Source of the DNA: Corallochytrium limacisporum Hawaii
Lineage: Eukaryota; Protista; Pluriformea
Assembly: GCA_002811645.1 (NCBI GenBank)
Contig: PDIP01000105.1
Coordinates: 62,303-126,000, forward strand
Reading direction: 5' to 3'
Length of the DNA stretch: 63,698 nt
Part shown: positions 30,220-40,389 of the stretch, piece after piece
Layout: every line of letters begins with the position of its first letter
How positions within the stretch are numbered: the stretch's first letter is position 1
The notes under the pieces: generated by a model
The model's input: the letters and a program-made list of their open reading frames with translations, nothing else
Databases searched by the model: none
Told to the model about the DNA's origin: nothing
Translations under genes and position numbers: made by a program

Positions 30220-32943
30220 TCAGCATCCATATGCTGTCTTGAGGTCCGCGAGTTTAAGAGCATCGTCTGTGATGGCAGTGTCGAGCAGAGTGGCTAGATT
30301 GGCTTTGGAGTCCTTGGAAACGAGTTTGGTTGCTAGCTTGAATCTTGGGGCGCCAGTCAGGTCAGAGAACAGACCAGATACATCACTTTGGGACAGAACG
30401 CTCCCTTGCGATGCAGCTTTGATCATGTCCTCGATTAAATTGGCATCGACGCAACCACTGGTGAGGACGCTGAGGTCAGGATGAGTGGAGCCATCTGCAT
30501 TCTGTGCATCAACAATCGCCTTTAGTCCTCGAGCCAAGCTAATAGGATTCTTCTTTAGTGACCGGTACATGTTGATGAACTCGGCAGCTGTCTTTGGTGG
30601 GTTGTTGACAAAGAATTTGAGCATCTTGTCGGCCACTTCAACAGTCTTGGGTACGGAGGCCGCTGTGGTCGATGGTTTTACTGGTCCCGTCTTTGCTGGA
30701 TGCGCCCCAGCCTCTGACTCAGAGCTCTGCACGCCGTGATCGCTGTTGATTCGGTTCCTCAGAGCTGCAGACATAGGCGCATAAGGAACGTCGGATTGTT
30801 CGTGCTCGTCATCGATCTCCATGATTCCGCTGGATTGGTTCTTGGAGGCCAACAAGGCTTTCTGGAGGTCGTTCAATTCCGCCTTGGCACTCGCATTTTG
30901 TGGTTCGATACTCAGCAGGGTATCCAGATCCCGTTCGGCCGCGGAGAATTCAAACAAGCCCCGCTGTGCAAGTGCCCTGCGATAGAGTGCCTTTACATTG
31001 CGAGGGTCTGTCCGCAGCACGGTGTTTGCGTCCTCCCGGCAAAGACGGAAACGCTGAGTCTTTAGGTGGCACAGAGACCGGTTGTTGTGGGCAGGCAGAT
31101 CCGTTGGCTTGACCTTGAGCGCTTCTGTGAAGCAATGGTACGCATCGCTGTAGTCTTTTGTGTGGATTGCAGTGCGTCCCAGATTCATCCATTGATCGTA
31201 TGATAGCTTAGTCTTGTCCTGGTCGGGCTTGATTTTGTCCTGCACTGTCGGATTGGTCTTCTCAACAGTGACCTCCTTCGCAACAATGAGCTTCTCCAAC
31301 GTTTGGGCTGCGTACGCATTGGTGGGCTCTATCAGGAGAATCTCTTTGTAGGTGGCAATGGCATCGTCGAATAGCTTCATGGATTCTAATGCATTGGCCT
31401 TGCGTAGCAGAGTCTTGACATCGTCCGCTTTAATGGTCAGAGACCTGCCAAGATCCGCCAGGCACTCCTGAAAGCGACCCAGCTTCATAAACACAACCGC
31501 ACGGTTGTTGATCATGGTTACAGCAACAGTCGGATACTCTGACAAGTCTGAGATTGCTCCTGTGTAAATACTCAACGCCTTCGCCAGGTCACCGGCTCGG
31601 AAGGCTTCGTTACCCTTCTCCTTCAGCTTTGCAGCTTTCTCAAATATCGCCGCAGGAACCACTTCCTCGTCCTCACTTGGCGTCTTTTGCTGAACCAAAG
31701 CAGGCTTTGCTGTGGGAGCGGGGGTCGCATGTCCGGTAGCCGAAGTAGTGGCTGCCGGCAAGTTATCCTTGTCGTCCTCGTCGTCCTCAACCTCCACGAT
31801 TCTAATGTTTTTGGCCTTCTTCTTCCCTTTGGTCTTCTTCTCATTCTCTGAAACTGTTCCAAGCGATTCACCCTTCTTCTTTAGATCGGCTTTGGCGTCG
31901 TCCAGCAAACGCTGGGCAAATGCGTTTTTCGGGTCTAGCGTCAATGCCTCTGTGAGATCCATAATGGCTTCCTGGTACTTCCCCAGCTGACTTCTTGAGA
32001 GGCCACGGCGCACGTGGCCCTTGATGTTCTTGGAATCAAGCTGCAGCACACGACTAGTGTCCAGCTCTGCAGCCCGATAGAATTTGGTCTTGATGAAGAC
32101 CAGAGCTCGATTGTTTAGGGCAGCCACGCTCTCCTTGTAAGCCAGGGAGCGCGTGTAATGCAACATGGAATCCTGGTACTCGTTGTCCTTGAAATACTCA
32201 TTGCCCTTATCCTTCTCTAGTACACTAAAATGTTCCAGTTCAACAGCATCAAGATGCTGGATGTCTTCCTTCTTTAACCCTCCATGGGTCTCCAGAATTT
32301 CTGCGTACCCACTCCTCTGTTCTTTATACTCTGTCGATGTACCGTAAGACTCTTCTTCGTCAATCCGGCGCAGTTCGGCTTCCACATCGTATAAATCCCA
32401 GGCTTGGAAAACACCCCCTTTGATGCGCTCTGCCTTCCTTTTCGGCTGGGCCTCCTTTGGCTTGATCACATCGGATTCCGTCAGTGTCTCCCCAACGGGA
32501 ACCGTTCCGCGAATTGGGATGGAAGGCTGCACCACGCTGCCATTCTGGGCTGCGAGACCTTGATCTAAATCCTTCATTCGCTGTGTGAAACTGGCCAGGT
32601 CAGAGACTATTTCCTCACGTGTTTCTCCCACCAGAGCCTCAGGTGTCTTCTTGGGATCAATCAGAAGCTTCGACCTTGGGTTCAGGTCTCGTAACTTGCA
32701 CAGCGCATGCTCCAACAGATGGGGATAAGAACCTTCCTTTCCAGACCTGAGCACTTTGACAATCTTTTCGAGAGTCCGCCCATCCTTGCATTGGTCGATG
32801 AATTGATAATCAAGATATGCGATTGGTACATTTGCGCCCTCTGCATTCTCCGCGAACGTATATTGGAAGTACGGATCCCTCTTCTGGCTCTCCGGGAAGC
32901 GGTTCAGATACTCGTCCATCCCGCTATCGTCCTTGTGCGGCAT
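30220..32943 (-). CDS. SPAG1: SPAG1-type TPR co-chaperone (R2SP; axonemal dynein assembly factor), 907 aa
   Basis: SPAG1-specific N-terminus IAYLDYQFIDQCKDGRTLEKIVKVLRSGKEGSYPHL; three TPR clusters (KDKGNEYF, KEKGNEAF, VKALYRRA); RPAP3_C-like PPKTAAEF...PRF. Confidence 0.88.
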   Translation of the reverse strand: MPHKDDSGMDEYLNRFPESQKRDPYFQYTFAENAEGANVPIAYLDYQFIDQCKDGRTLEKIVKVLRSGKEGSYPHLLEHALCKLRDLNPRSKLLIDPKKTPEALVGETREEIVSDLASFTQRMKDLDQGLAAQNGSVVQPSIPIRGTVPVGETLTESDVIKPKEAQPKRKAERIKGGVFQAWDLYDVEAELRRIDEEESYGTSTEYKEQRSGYAEILETHGGLKKEDIQHLDAVELEHFSVLEKDKGNEYFKDNEYQDSMLHYTRSLAYKESVAALNNRALVFIKTKFYRAAELDTSRVLQLDSKNIKGHVRRGLSRSQLGKYQEAIMDLTEALTLDPKNAFAQRLLDDAKADLKKKGESLGTVSENEKKTKGKKKAKNIRIVEVEDDEDDKDNLPAATTSATGHATPAPTAKPALVQQKTPSEDEEVVPAAIFEKAAKLKEKGNEAFRAGDLAKALSIYTGAISDLSEYPTVAVTMINNRAVVFMKLGRFQECLADLGRSLTIKADDVKTLLRKANALESMKLFDDAIATYKEILLIEPTNAYAAQTLEKLIVAKEVTVEKTNPTVQDKIKPDQDKTKLSYDQWMNLGRTAIHTKDYSDAYHCFTEALKVKPTDLPAHNNRSLCHLKTQRFRLCREDANTVLRTDPRNVKALYRRALAQRGLFEFSAAERDLDTLLSIEPQNASAKAELNDLQKALLASKNQSSGIMEIDDEHEQSDVPYAPMSAALRNRINSDHGVQSSESEAGAHPAKTGPVKPSTTAASVPKTVEVADKMLKFFVNNPPKTAAEFINMYRSLKKNPISLARGLKAIVDAQNADGSTHPDLSVLTSGCVDANLIEDMIKAASQGSVLSQSDVSGLFSDLTGAPRFKLATKLVSKDSKANLATLLDTAITDDALKLADLKTAYGC

Positions 32944-33772
32944 ATCTCCTCAGACACTTCTAGGTTGTGTCCGTGGTCGTGAACAATAACATTTATTGCT
33001 TTCGCCCATTTGTTACATGTCTGATCAGCCTTGGGGTGTCAATGCTTCATCTGGTTTAAGGCTTCCAAGTAGCAGATTGCAAGTGGCCGCCTGATGAGAT
33101 CTACTCCAGCCGAACCCGGAATGTATCGTAACACTGGTAAAGAATACGCACCAACTTGATATTGGAGTTGAAATGGGTACGAGTTGCATCGGCAAGGCAG
33201 GTCCTCCGTCAGCAGAAAGGGAGAGGCCCGTCCGTACTGAGACCCAAAAGAGACCGAGGACCGCTTGATGAGCACCTGTGCATGGTCGGGCGGCTGTTCG
33301 GTATCACAACTGTGCGCAATCTTTCATCGCATGAACCTCTTGTACACGACCCTCGTCGGAATCGCGAAAGGCCGTAATTCCCTTCGATTCTCTCCCTCTC
33401 CTCTCCCCCTTCCTTGGGGCGGAAGAGCCGGTAATCTTTGGCTTTTTGGGTCACTTGCGCCTTGGAGACCTTTCCCTTGCTACAGCCACCCGAAACAGAG
33501 CTTCACAGTTGATATTTGCAAAATGTCCGTATATCTACGTAGGGTAGGGGCTTTTTCAGGCAACTATTTCGATGACCGTTTCTCAAGATTGCGATCGCGC
33601 AAGCAAGCAACATGACAATGAGACCCACGTCAATTATGAGAACTAGGATTGACATTATGTATTCCATGCTGAATTGGTATGTTGTGCTTTTGTGTGGTTC
33701 TTCTCTCGTTTGAAAGTCGAGAGCATTTTGATGATTTACACCCTATTCTTGTTTGCAACCCCATGCAAACGT

Positions 33773-34453
33773 CTACTTGCCAGGGGAACCGAACAGCTTG
33801 ATGATGTCTTGCCACACCTTATCCGGACTTTGTGCAGCATCCACGCTCTCGTGAATTCCCTTCTTGGAGTAGAAGTCCACCAAAGGAGTGGTCTGCTTGT
33901 GGAAGGCAGCTAGACGGGCCTTCAAAGTCTCCTCGTTGTCGTCCTTTCGGCGAGTCAAGGGTTCTCCAGTAACGTCGTCGGTCATGGGCTTTTTCGGGGG
34001 GTTAAAGTCGACATGGTAAGTACGACCGGAGGGCTGGTGGATCAGACGGCCGGTGATGCGACGGACGAGGAGAGCATCGCTGATACGGAACTCCAGAACG
34101 TGATTCAGGGGGCGGCCTTCCTTTTCGAGGAATTCGTCCAACTTCTCGGCCTGGTTGATGGTGCGCGGGAAACCGTCAAGCAAGAAACCAGTCTTGCATT
34201 CCGGACGAGACAAATTCTCCTTGATCAGACCCAGCACGATCTCGTCGCTGACCAGCTGACCCTTCTCCATGACCTCCTTCGCCTTCAGTCCAATCTCGGT
34301 TTTGGCCGCAACAGCAGCTCGCAGCATATCACCCGTGGCCAAATGACAAGCGCAGTAGCGCTCCTTGATCTGAGGAGCCTGGGTACCCTTACCGGCACCA
34401 GGTGGTCCGAGCAAGACCGCACGAATTTCTTTCTCGTTCTTCAGAGCCGGCAT
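33773..34453 (-). CDS. AK2: Adenylate kinase 2 / ADK1 (226 aa)
   Basis: P-loop [31 protein letters not shown] segment [13 protein letters not shown]. Confidence 0.97.
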   Translation of the reverse strand: MPALKNEKEIRAVLLGPPGAGKGTQAPQIKERYCACHLATGDMLRAAVAAKTEIGLKAKEVMEKGQLVSDEIVLGLIKENLSRPECKTGFLLDGFPRTINQAEKLDEFLEKEGRPLNHVLEFRISDALLVRRITGRLIHQPSGRTYHVDFNPPKKPMTDDVTGEPLTRRKDDNEETLKARLAAFHKQTTPLVDFYSKKGIHESVDAAQSPDKVWQDIIKLFGSPGK

Positions 34454-35828
34454 GTTTATCTGCTGTTTATGAACATGAAATAAGTATGGGTGCCTGGCTA
34501 TGATTCAAATGTGCGACCACCATGATCATTCAAATAAGTTTCTAGTTCTTTGGCAGCGACGAGCCCCGTACTATGATGAAAATCATCAATAACGCGGACG
34601 GTAGCCAGTCTCAGTCGTCTTCGCACTCGAGACCAACACACCAACAACGAAGCTCTAAACAGAGAACATGAAAAAAAAGAAAGGCTCAGACTTCATCCGA
34701 TTTCCCGCTGTTACTCTTATTGTTTCCCGTCCCGCTGCCTCCGTCCCATTCGTCCGCATCGCCTGCAATTCTATTGCGAACCACAGCATCCGGCGCTGTA
34801 CCCTGCACCCACAGAGCGGAAACACCTCAAGCTCTGGGCCTACCGATACCTTCACTCAATACTTTCATTATCGCACATTCTGTCGTTTCGGTCGAATCAG
34901 CGCGCGTGGGTCACAGGGGTTGCTCGCAATTGCCGGAAACTGGCTTTTGTGTTTAGTCACAGGTTGCTGTTGGTCGCACCCTACGCTCTTGTGAACGAGC
35001 TATCACCACCCATGCATTCAAAACCTATGGCCACTAGTACGCCGTCTGCGGAAGGCTGACAACTTTTGTTTATGGTCGGTCGGAAGCAAACGAAAAGGCG
35101 TGACCGTTCCACATCCAAGCTTTGGTGTGTGAGGCATGACCCTGGACGTGGAATCTCACCATACAACAAAACAACAACTGGTCCTCCATAGAAAACAATT
35201 GGGTTTCAGTAGGGCCATATTTGTATTTTTCCTAATCTTGTGATTGCACCGAGAACCCAGGGCGTGTCCAGCGGAAAAGATTTGATCTCAACGTATCATC
35301 ACTTGCTGAAATCCAGGGGAAGGACTCCATCGGATGGGGGGTGGGCGGCTGTCCGTTCTGCCGCTGACACTCGTGAACGCATGACTACTGTACGCAATAC
35401 TCGGCACAGCACGAACCACCTATCCTGCGCATTCGGATTTCCGCCCTTAACGGAAGCGCTTTAAACAGAAATCATTGTCAGATAGCATGTGCTTTCCGAT
35501 ATCCCGCCCGGGAATATCTATGTACGGGGGGTTTTAAACTCGCTCGCCAGTGGCTGGCTCGCTACGGGCAGGAGCGGCCCAAAGCAGACGAGATCCACGC
35601 GGGTTTGGATGAGGCGAAAAGAGTTTGCTACTCTTGCCTAGCAGGACTAACGGGTGAAAATGGTTATAATGCAACACCAGTTGTAATGTTGGAAGCACGT
35701 TAACTATACATTTTCTCAGTGGTATTTTAAGGGTGCAGTCAGACGTCAAGGCCGAGTGCAGTAGCGGCATCTCTTTGGAGGCAGGAAGTGCCTCCCCGTG
35801 GCAGGGATGCCAGGTTCAAGGTGACAAT

Positions 35829-35906
35829 GTAAGTACAATCTATTTATTCGGTTCCTGGCATTTCAAGGATGATTACTTTACCATGCTAATATTGACGTTC
35901 TTACAG
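35829..35906 (+). other. Candidate spliceosomal intron (78 nt) outside any recognised CDS
   Basis: GTAAGT donor, AT-rich body, GCTAAT/ATTGAC branch-like sites, TTCTTACAG acceptor. Confidence 0.45.
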
Positions 35907-36487
35907 GACGGTGGAAATGTTACTTTGACATTCTCTGAGCAAGTGTCAAGCCGTACTCAATCTTTCGTCTTTCTCCTGAATCTGTTTCTAACGTATCCGC
36001 ATCTTTAGTCTATCTATTTAACACAACAGTCTTGAAAAGAGATCATCATGGTTCCACTTTGCGGTGCATCTTGAGGTGATAGTTTTGGAATATCGAAAGC
36101 GCCAATGGGGACTCATTGTGAGTTCTTGTAACAGTAGGCCCTCACAGTGCATAATATAATCAATATTACTTATTCTTCCATACTAAGATAGAATATATTG
36201 ATTAATAATCCTGGTCCATCCCCGCTCTTTGCTTCCCTGTATTTCGGATATGTACACACACATTCTCAACTGTGCCTCCACCAAGAAAATTCTGCGAGGT
36301 TGTTTTCGGACGGGATCTCCGCGGTTCCCCCCCCCCTCTTCTTGTGCCGCGTACTTCGGGGCTCCGCGAGGACCGTGCGACGAAGATCGTGTTGGCACGA
36401 CCGGCTACTTAATGTGGAGGCGAATATGAATCTAACCGCCTTGTGTGCAGTCTTTCATGACGACGACAATCAGAGCGACAACAATAT

Positions 36488-36559
36488 GTAAGTTTATGAC
36501 TGAAAACGAGATGGTCTTTGCGGAGACTTTCGCTCGCTGTTGACAAGGAATATATTCAG
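36488..36559 (+). other. Candidate 5'-UTR intron of TM9SF1 (72 nt)
   Basis: GTAAGT donor, GTTGAC branch-like site, TATTCAG acceptor ending 1 nt before the ATG. Confidence 0.45.
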
Positions 36560-36560
36560 A

Positions 36561-38315
36561 ATGCTGAAGCAATACTTTGTGGGATCGCTCACAGCCTTTG
36601 CAGCTGTGGCTGCCCAGGGAGTGTACCAGACAAATGACTTAGTACCAGTGTATGTTAACTCGGTTGGTCCATTTTTCAACCCGGCGGAGACGTACCTGTA
36701 CTACAGCTTACCGTTCTGCCAGCCCGATGACATCGAGAAGGTCAGCGCCGGTCTTGCAGGGAATCTCGCTGGCGATCGTGTCCGCAGTAGTGGTTTCCAG
36801 CTCAACTTTGGCAAAAACGAAGATAACAAGGTATTATGCACTGCACGGCTGACCAAGGCAGACATAAATAAGTTCATCCACGCTATCGAGGAATTGTACA
36901 ACTTTGAGATATTAGTAGATGGGTTGATTGCGCAGGAATTTGTGGGATATCTCGAGGAGCAGGCCTTCCCTCATGCGCATCATACATCGCTTTATACTCA
37001 CACAGATTTCACTATTGGGTACAATGGCAACCAAGTAATCGATGTCACCGTAACGATGAGGGATCTGGAGGAACTATTCCCGGAAACAGAGGAACTTAGA
37101 CTAAAGTTCACTTACTCGGTGACGTGGCAGGCTAAGCCACTTAGTGAAAGCCAGCGTGACAAGCAAGTACACAACCAAGACATGTTTCCTCGGACTCTTG
37201 AAGTGCACTGGCTGTCAGTTATTAATTCAATCATGTTGGTTGCACTTCTAACGGGGTGCGTATCGATCATTTTGTTGCGGATCCTTAAGCAGGATATTGC
37301 ACGATACAACCGGATGGGCGATGAAGAGGATTTTGGCCTTCCAGGCACCGAAGAGTACGGTTGGAAGCTAATTCATGGTGATGTGTTTCGGTTTCCGGAA
37401 TTCAAGCGTCCTCTGTGTGCCATTGTTGGTGCAGGCAGCCAGTTTATCGCGCTTGCGATCTTCATCATGGTGCTGGCAATTCTGGACATTTTCAATGTGC
37501 ATCGTCATGGAGCGTTAAATGCGGCAGCAGTGGTCTTGTATGCCATGTCTTCGTGCGTAGCAGGATATATATCAGGTTTCTTGTACAAACAAATGGGAGG
37601 AGACAAGTGGGTGTCCAACGCCTTGCTCACGGCGTCAGTTTTTGTCGGTCCGTTCCTGACCATCTGGTCGATTATGAATTCTGTGGCGTGGTCTTACGGA
37701 TCCACTCAGGCCATTCCATTGGGTACTGCAATTGGCCTGGCATTTCTCTGGGTCTTTGTTGGTTTTCCGGGCTGTATTGTCGGGTCCGTCCTTGGTAAGA
37801 ACCGGGCAAATCCTATGGACGTGCCAAGCCGTACGAAGATGATCCCTCGAGAGATTCCTGCCACCCACTGGCTGCGAAGCTGGCCTTTGCTCTCTGTGCT
37901 TGGTGGGATTCTTCCCTTCTGTGCGATCTGCATTGAGCTGTACTACGTCTTTGCAACAGTCTTTGGGCGCCAACCGTACACTCTGTTTGGTATTTTGCTG
38001 ATTGTGTTCGTGATTCTCATGTGTGTGACAGCGTGCATGACCATTATGCTAATCTACTTCCAGCTGTCCGCGGAGGACTATCGCTGGTGGTGGAACTCTG
38101 TTTGGTACTCTGGCAGCACATCGCTCTTCATCTTCCTGTACGGTGTATACTATTTCGAAGAACGGTCTAGCATGAGCGGTGTAGTCCAAACCACGGACTT
38201 CTTTGGCAATCTGATCATCGGATGTTACATCTTTTTCCTTATGCTTGGCACCGTCGGCTTCTTTAGTGCTTTTGTCTTTGTGCGATACATTTACAGCACA
38301 CTGAAGACCGACTGA
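36561..38315 (+). CDS. TM9SF1: Transmembrane 9 superfamily protein (TM9SF1/EMP70), 584 aa
   Basis: Signal peptide from ATG 36561; VGPFFNPAETYLYYSLPFC, VHWLSVINS, GWKLIHGDVFRFP, EDYRWWW; C-terminal KTD (KxD/E Golgi motif). Confidence 0.95.
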   Translation: MLKQYFVGSLTAFAAVAAQGVYQTNDLVPVYVNSVGPFFNPAETYLYYSLPFCQPDDIEKVSAGLAGNLAGDRVRSSGFQLNFGKNEDNKVLCTARLTKADINKFIHAIEELYNFEILVDGLIAQEFVGYLEEQAFPHAHHTSLYTHTDFTIGYNGNQVIDVTVTMRDLEELFPETEELRLKFTYSVTWQAKPLSESQRDKQVHNQDMFPRTLEVHWLSVINSIMLVALLTGCVSIILLRILKQDIARYNRMGDEEDFGLPGTEEYGWKLIHGDVFRFPEFKRPLCAIVGAGSQFIALAIFIMVLAILDIFNVHRHGALNAAAVVLYAMSSCVAGYISGFLYKQMGGDKWVSNALLTASVFVGPFLTIWSIMNSVAWSYGSTQAIPLGTAIGLAFLWVFVGFPGCIVGSVLGKNRANPMDVPSRTKMIPREIPATHWLRSWPLLSVLGGILPFCAICIELYYVFATVFGRQPYTLFGILLIVFVILMCVTACMTIMLIYFQLSAEDYRWWWNSVWYSGSTSLFIFLYGVYYFEERSSMSGVVQTTDFFGNLIIGCYIFFLMLGTVGFFSAFVFVRYIYSTLKTD

Positions 38316-38716
38316 TCTAATTGCTGTTACAGTTGACCTTTCTTGGTATGATGATGTTACGAATAGAAGGCATATTTAGTGTAACTGCGTTAATGATGAG
38401 GCCCAATCTTTCCACGGTTATCGAGATTGCTGTGTATTAAAATGGTGTGCCCAAATTGACTGAGTCGACCTCAAGTCAATGACTATTGAGTTCAACGTAA
38501 ACATCAAGAATGAAAGCTTTTGAATCGTTTATTCAGTTTAAGTTTGTAGGTACAAAGTCAATGTTTCTTTTGAAGAGGCGCTTTCTCTGTTTTAGGAGCT
38601 GTATGATTCTTCCTCGACAGACGCTTATACAGAGATGATGATTATGCTTGGTGATCTAAACACAAATGATGTCATGTTGTTATATGGGCTGTTTCAGATG
38701 AATACATTTGTTTTGT

Positions 38717-40213
38717 CTACACACCAAAGCCCTCCTCCTCCACAAACGTGAAGCCCTTGAACTGAGCCTGCAGTGTCTTGCTCAGGGCAGAGTCCTCAAC
38801 CACAGAGTCCAGGGCGGGCATGGCCGTGAACTCCTCGTCAAAGTTGGAAGTGTCCAGCTTGTCAGCCAGCGGAGGTTTCCAAGCGGGCTGGAGGCTCTTG
38901 GCCAGCAGGGAATCCCAGTCCACGGCCTTGAAGAAGTCGCTCCGCTTAATGGTCAGTGCGCCGTCCTTGCCACTGCCGAGACGCTTGGTAGGATCACGCT
39001 GCAGCAGGTTGGTAATGACCTGCTTGGCAGCAGGAGATACGTCATTGGGGAATGTTAGCTCGCCGTAAAGGATCTTCTGGTACATGGCGTTGGTGTTTTC
39101 ATCGTAGAAGGGGGGCAGACCAGTGAGCATCTCGTACAGGAGGATCCCCAGGGTCCACCAGTCGACGGAAGGACCATAACCCTTCTGTTGGAGAACCTCG
39201 GGGGCCATGTACTCTGGTGTACCGCAGAAGGTATTGGTAGTGTCATTGTGCCGCACGTTCTCCTTGCACAGACCAAAATCGGTCAGAGCAATGTAGCCGT
39301 CATAGTCAATGAGAATGTTTTCGGGCTTGAGATCACGGTAGATGACATCTTGCTTGTGGAGGTGCTCCAAAGCGAGCAGAAGTTGGGCAGCGTAGAAACG
39401 AGCGCGTTCCTCGGCAAATGTACCCTCATTCTGCAGATGGAAGAACAACTCACCTCCGTTGACGTAGTCCAGCACCAGGTAGACTTTGTCCGCGGTCTGG
39501 AAGCTGAACTTCAGACCGACCAGGAAAGGGTTGGTGTTCTTGGCAAGGATTTTGCGCTCAGCCTTTGTGTGCTCAATCTCCTCCCGGGCTGCCAGTTGGG
39601 ATTTCTTCAGAATCTTCATGGCATAGATACGACCTGTGTCTTTCTTGCGGACTTGCATGACCTTACCAAAGGAACCCTTGCCGATGACCTTGAGGAGCTC
39701 AAAGTCGTCAATGGTGAGCTTCTTGCTGCCCATTTTGAAGATGGTGGCAACCTTGATTTCGCCGCTGACCTTCTGCTTGCCGTTCAGGCTGGTAAGGCTG
39801 TACCAGTGCTCGTGGTTAAAGCCTGGCTGGCTGAGGTTTGGTTGGATCTGTACCTGACCAATGAAGTCCTGCCCACTGGGAGCAGTGGAGTCCTGGACCG
39901 TGATGGTCAAGTCGTCCAGGTTGGTTATGTCATACTGCAGTGTAAAGTTCCAGGCACCGTTGACCTTCGCAGTCGGAGGAGTCAGGATCTGGTTGTGACC
40001 GTATGAGATCACGCACAAAGGACGAGCACCAGGCTTGGTCGTAATGTTGCGCGACTCAATAATGCGGACAACGAGCTTGCCTCCTGTGGTAAGGTCAACC
40101 TTGGCGTCAGTGACAGCGGGGGCAACAGCGGTCACGGCGGTGGCCTTGGTATTGGAAGGCTCGGGAGCAATGGCTTGAGCAACCTTCTCCTTCTTCTTGC
40201 TAAAGAGGCCCAT
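38717..40213 (-). CDS. C2-domain AGC kinase of the Ypk1/Gad8/SGK group (498 aa)
   Basis: N-terminal C2-like domain; FELLKVIGKGSFGKVMQVRKKDTGRIYAMK; YRDLKPEN; TFCGTPEY; hydrophobic motif FKGFTF. Confidence 0.93.
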   Translation of the reverse strand: MGLFSKKKEKVAQAIAPEPSNTKATAVTAVAPAVTDAKVDLTTGGKLVVRIIESRNITTKPGARPLCVISYGHNQILTPPTAKVNGAWNFTLQYDITNLDDLTITVQDSTAPSGQDFIGQVQIQPNLSQPGFNHEHWYSLTSLNGKQKVSGEIKVATIFKMGSKKLTIDDFELLKVIGKGSFGKVMQVRKKDTGRIYAMKILKKSQLAAREEIEHTKAERKILAKNTNPFLVGLKFSFQTADKVYLVLDYVNGGELFFHLQNEGTFAEERARFYAAQLLLALEHLHKQDVIYRDLKPENILIDYDGYIALTDFGLCKENVRHNDTTNTFCGTPEYMAPEVLQQKGYGPSVDWWTLGILLYEMLTGLPPFYDENTNAMYQKILYGELTFPNDVSPAAKQVITNLLQRDPTKRLGSGKDGALTIKRSDFFKAVDWDSLLAKSLQPAWKPPLADKLDTSNFDEEFTAMPALDSVVEDSALSKTLQAQFKGFTFVEEEGFGV

Positions 40214-40366
40214 GTTTTCGAAATACTGAGACGCTCAATCCCTTTGCTGAGAAAGATCTTTCTATATGTAATACTTCCCGGGCACTAAAGGATGATTTAG
40301 TCTGACCCGAAGTTGCAGTCTGCCCCGAGTTCGTATATTGTCCCCTGTTCGTCACAAGCACAAACG

Positions 40367-40389
40367 CACACACACACACACACACACAC
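40367..40389. repeat. (CA)n microsatellite upstream of the AGC kinase
   Basis: About 11 CA units. Confidence 0.9.

Noticed and set aside
33091-33135. CTGATGAG, hammerhead-like core
   Set aside because: The required GAAA reads GTAA and stems I and III cannot be formed.
36102-36118. CAATGGGGACTCATT resembling the RNase MRP CR-V box
   Set aside because: No matching upstream GAAAGTCCCC-like CR-I element to form P4.
38393-38463. C/D box-like pair with a guide resembling the complement of an 18S rRNA segment
   Set aside because: The guide has two central mismatches, there is no terminal stem, and it lies in a probable 3' UTR.
38455-38480. Hairpin ATTGACTGAG-tcgac-CTCaAGTCAAT between convergent genes
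   Set aside because: A single short inverted repeat with no second copy; eukaryotic Pol II genes do not use intrinsic terminators.
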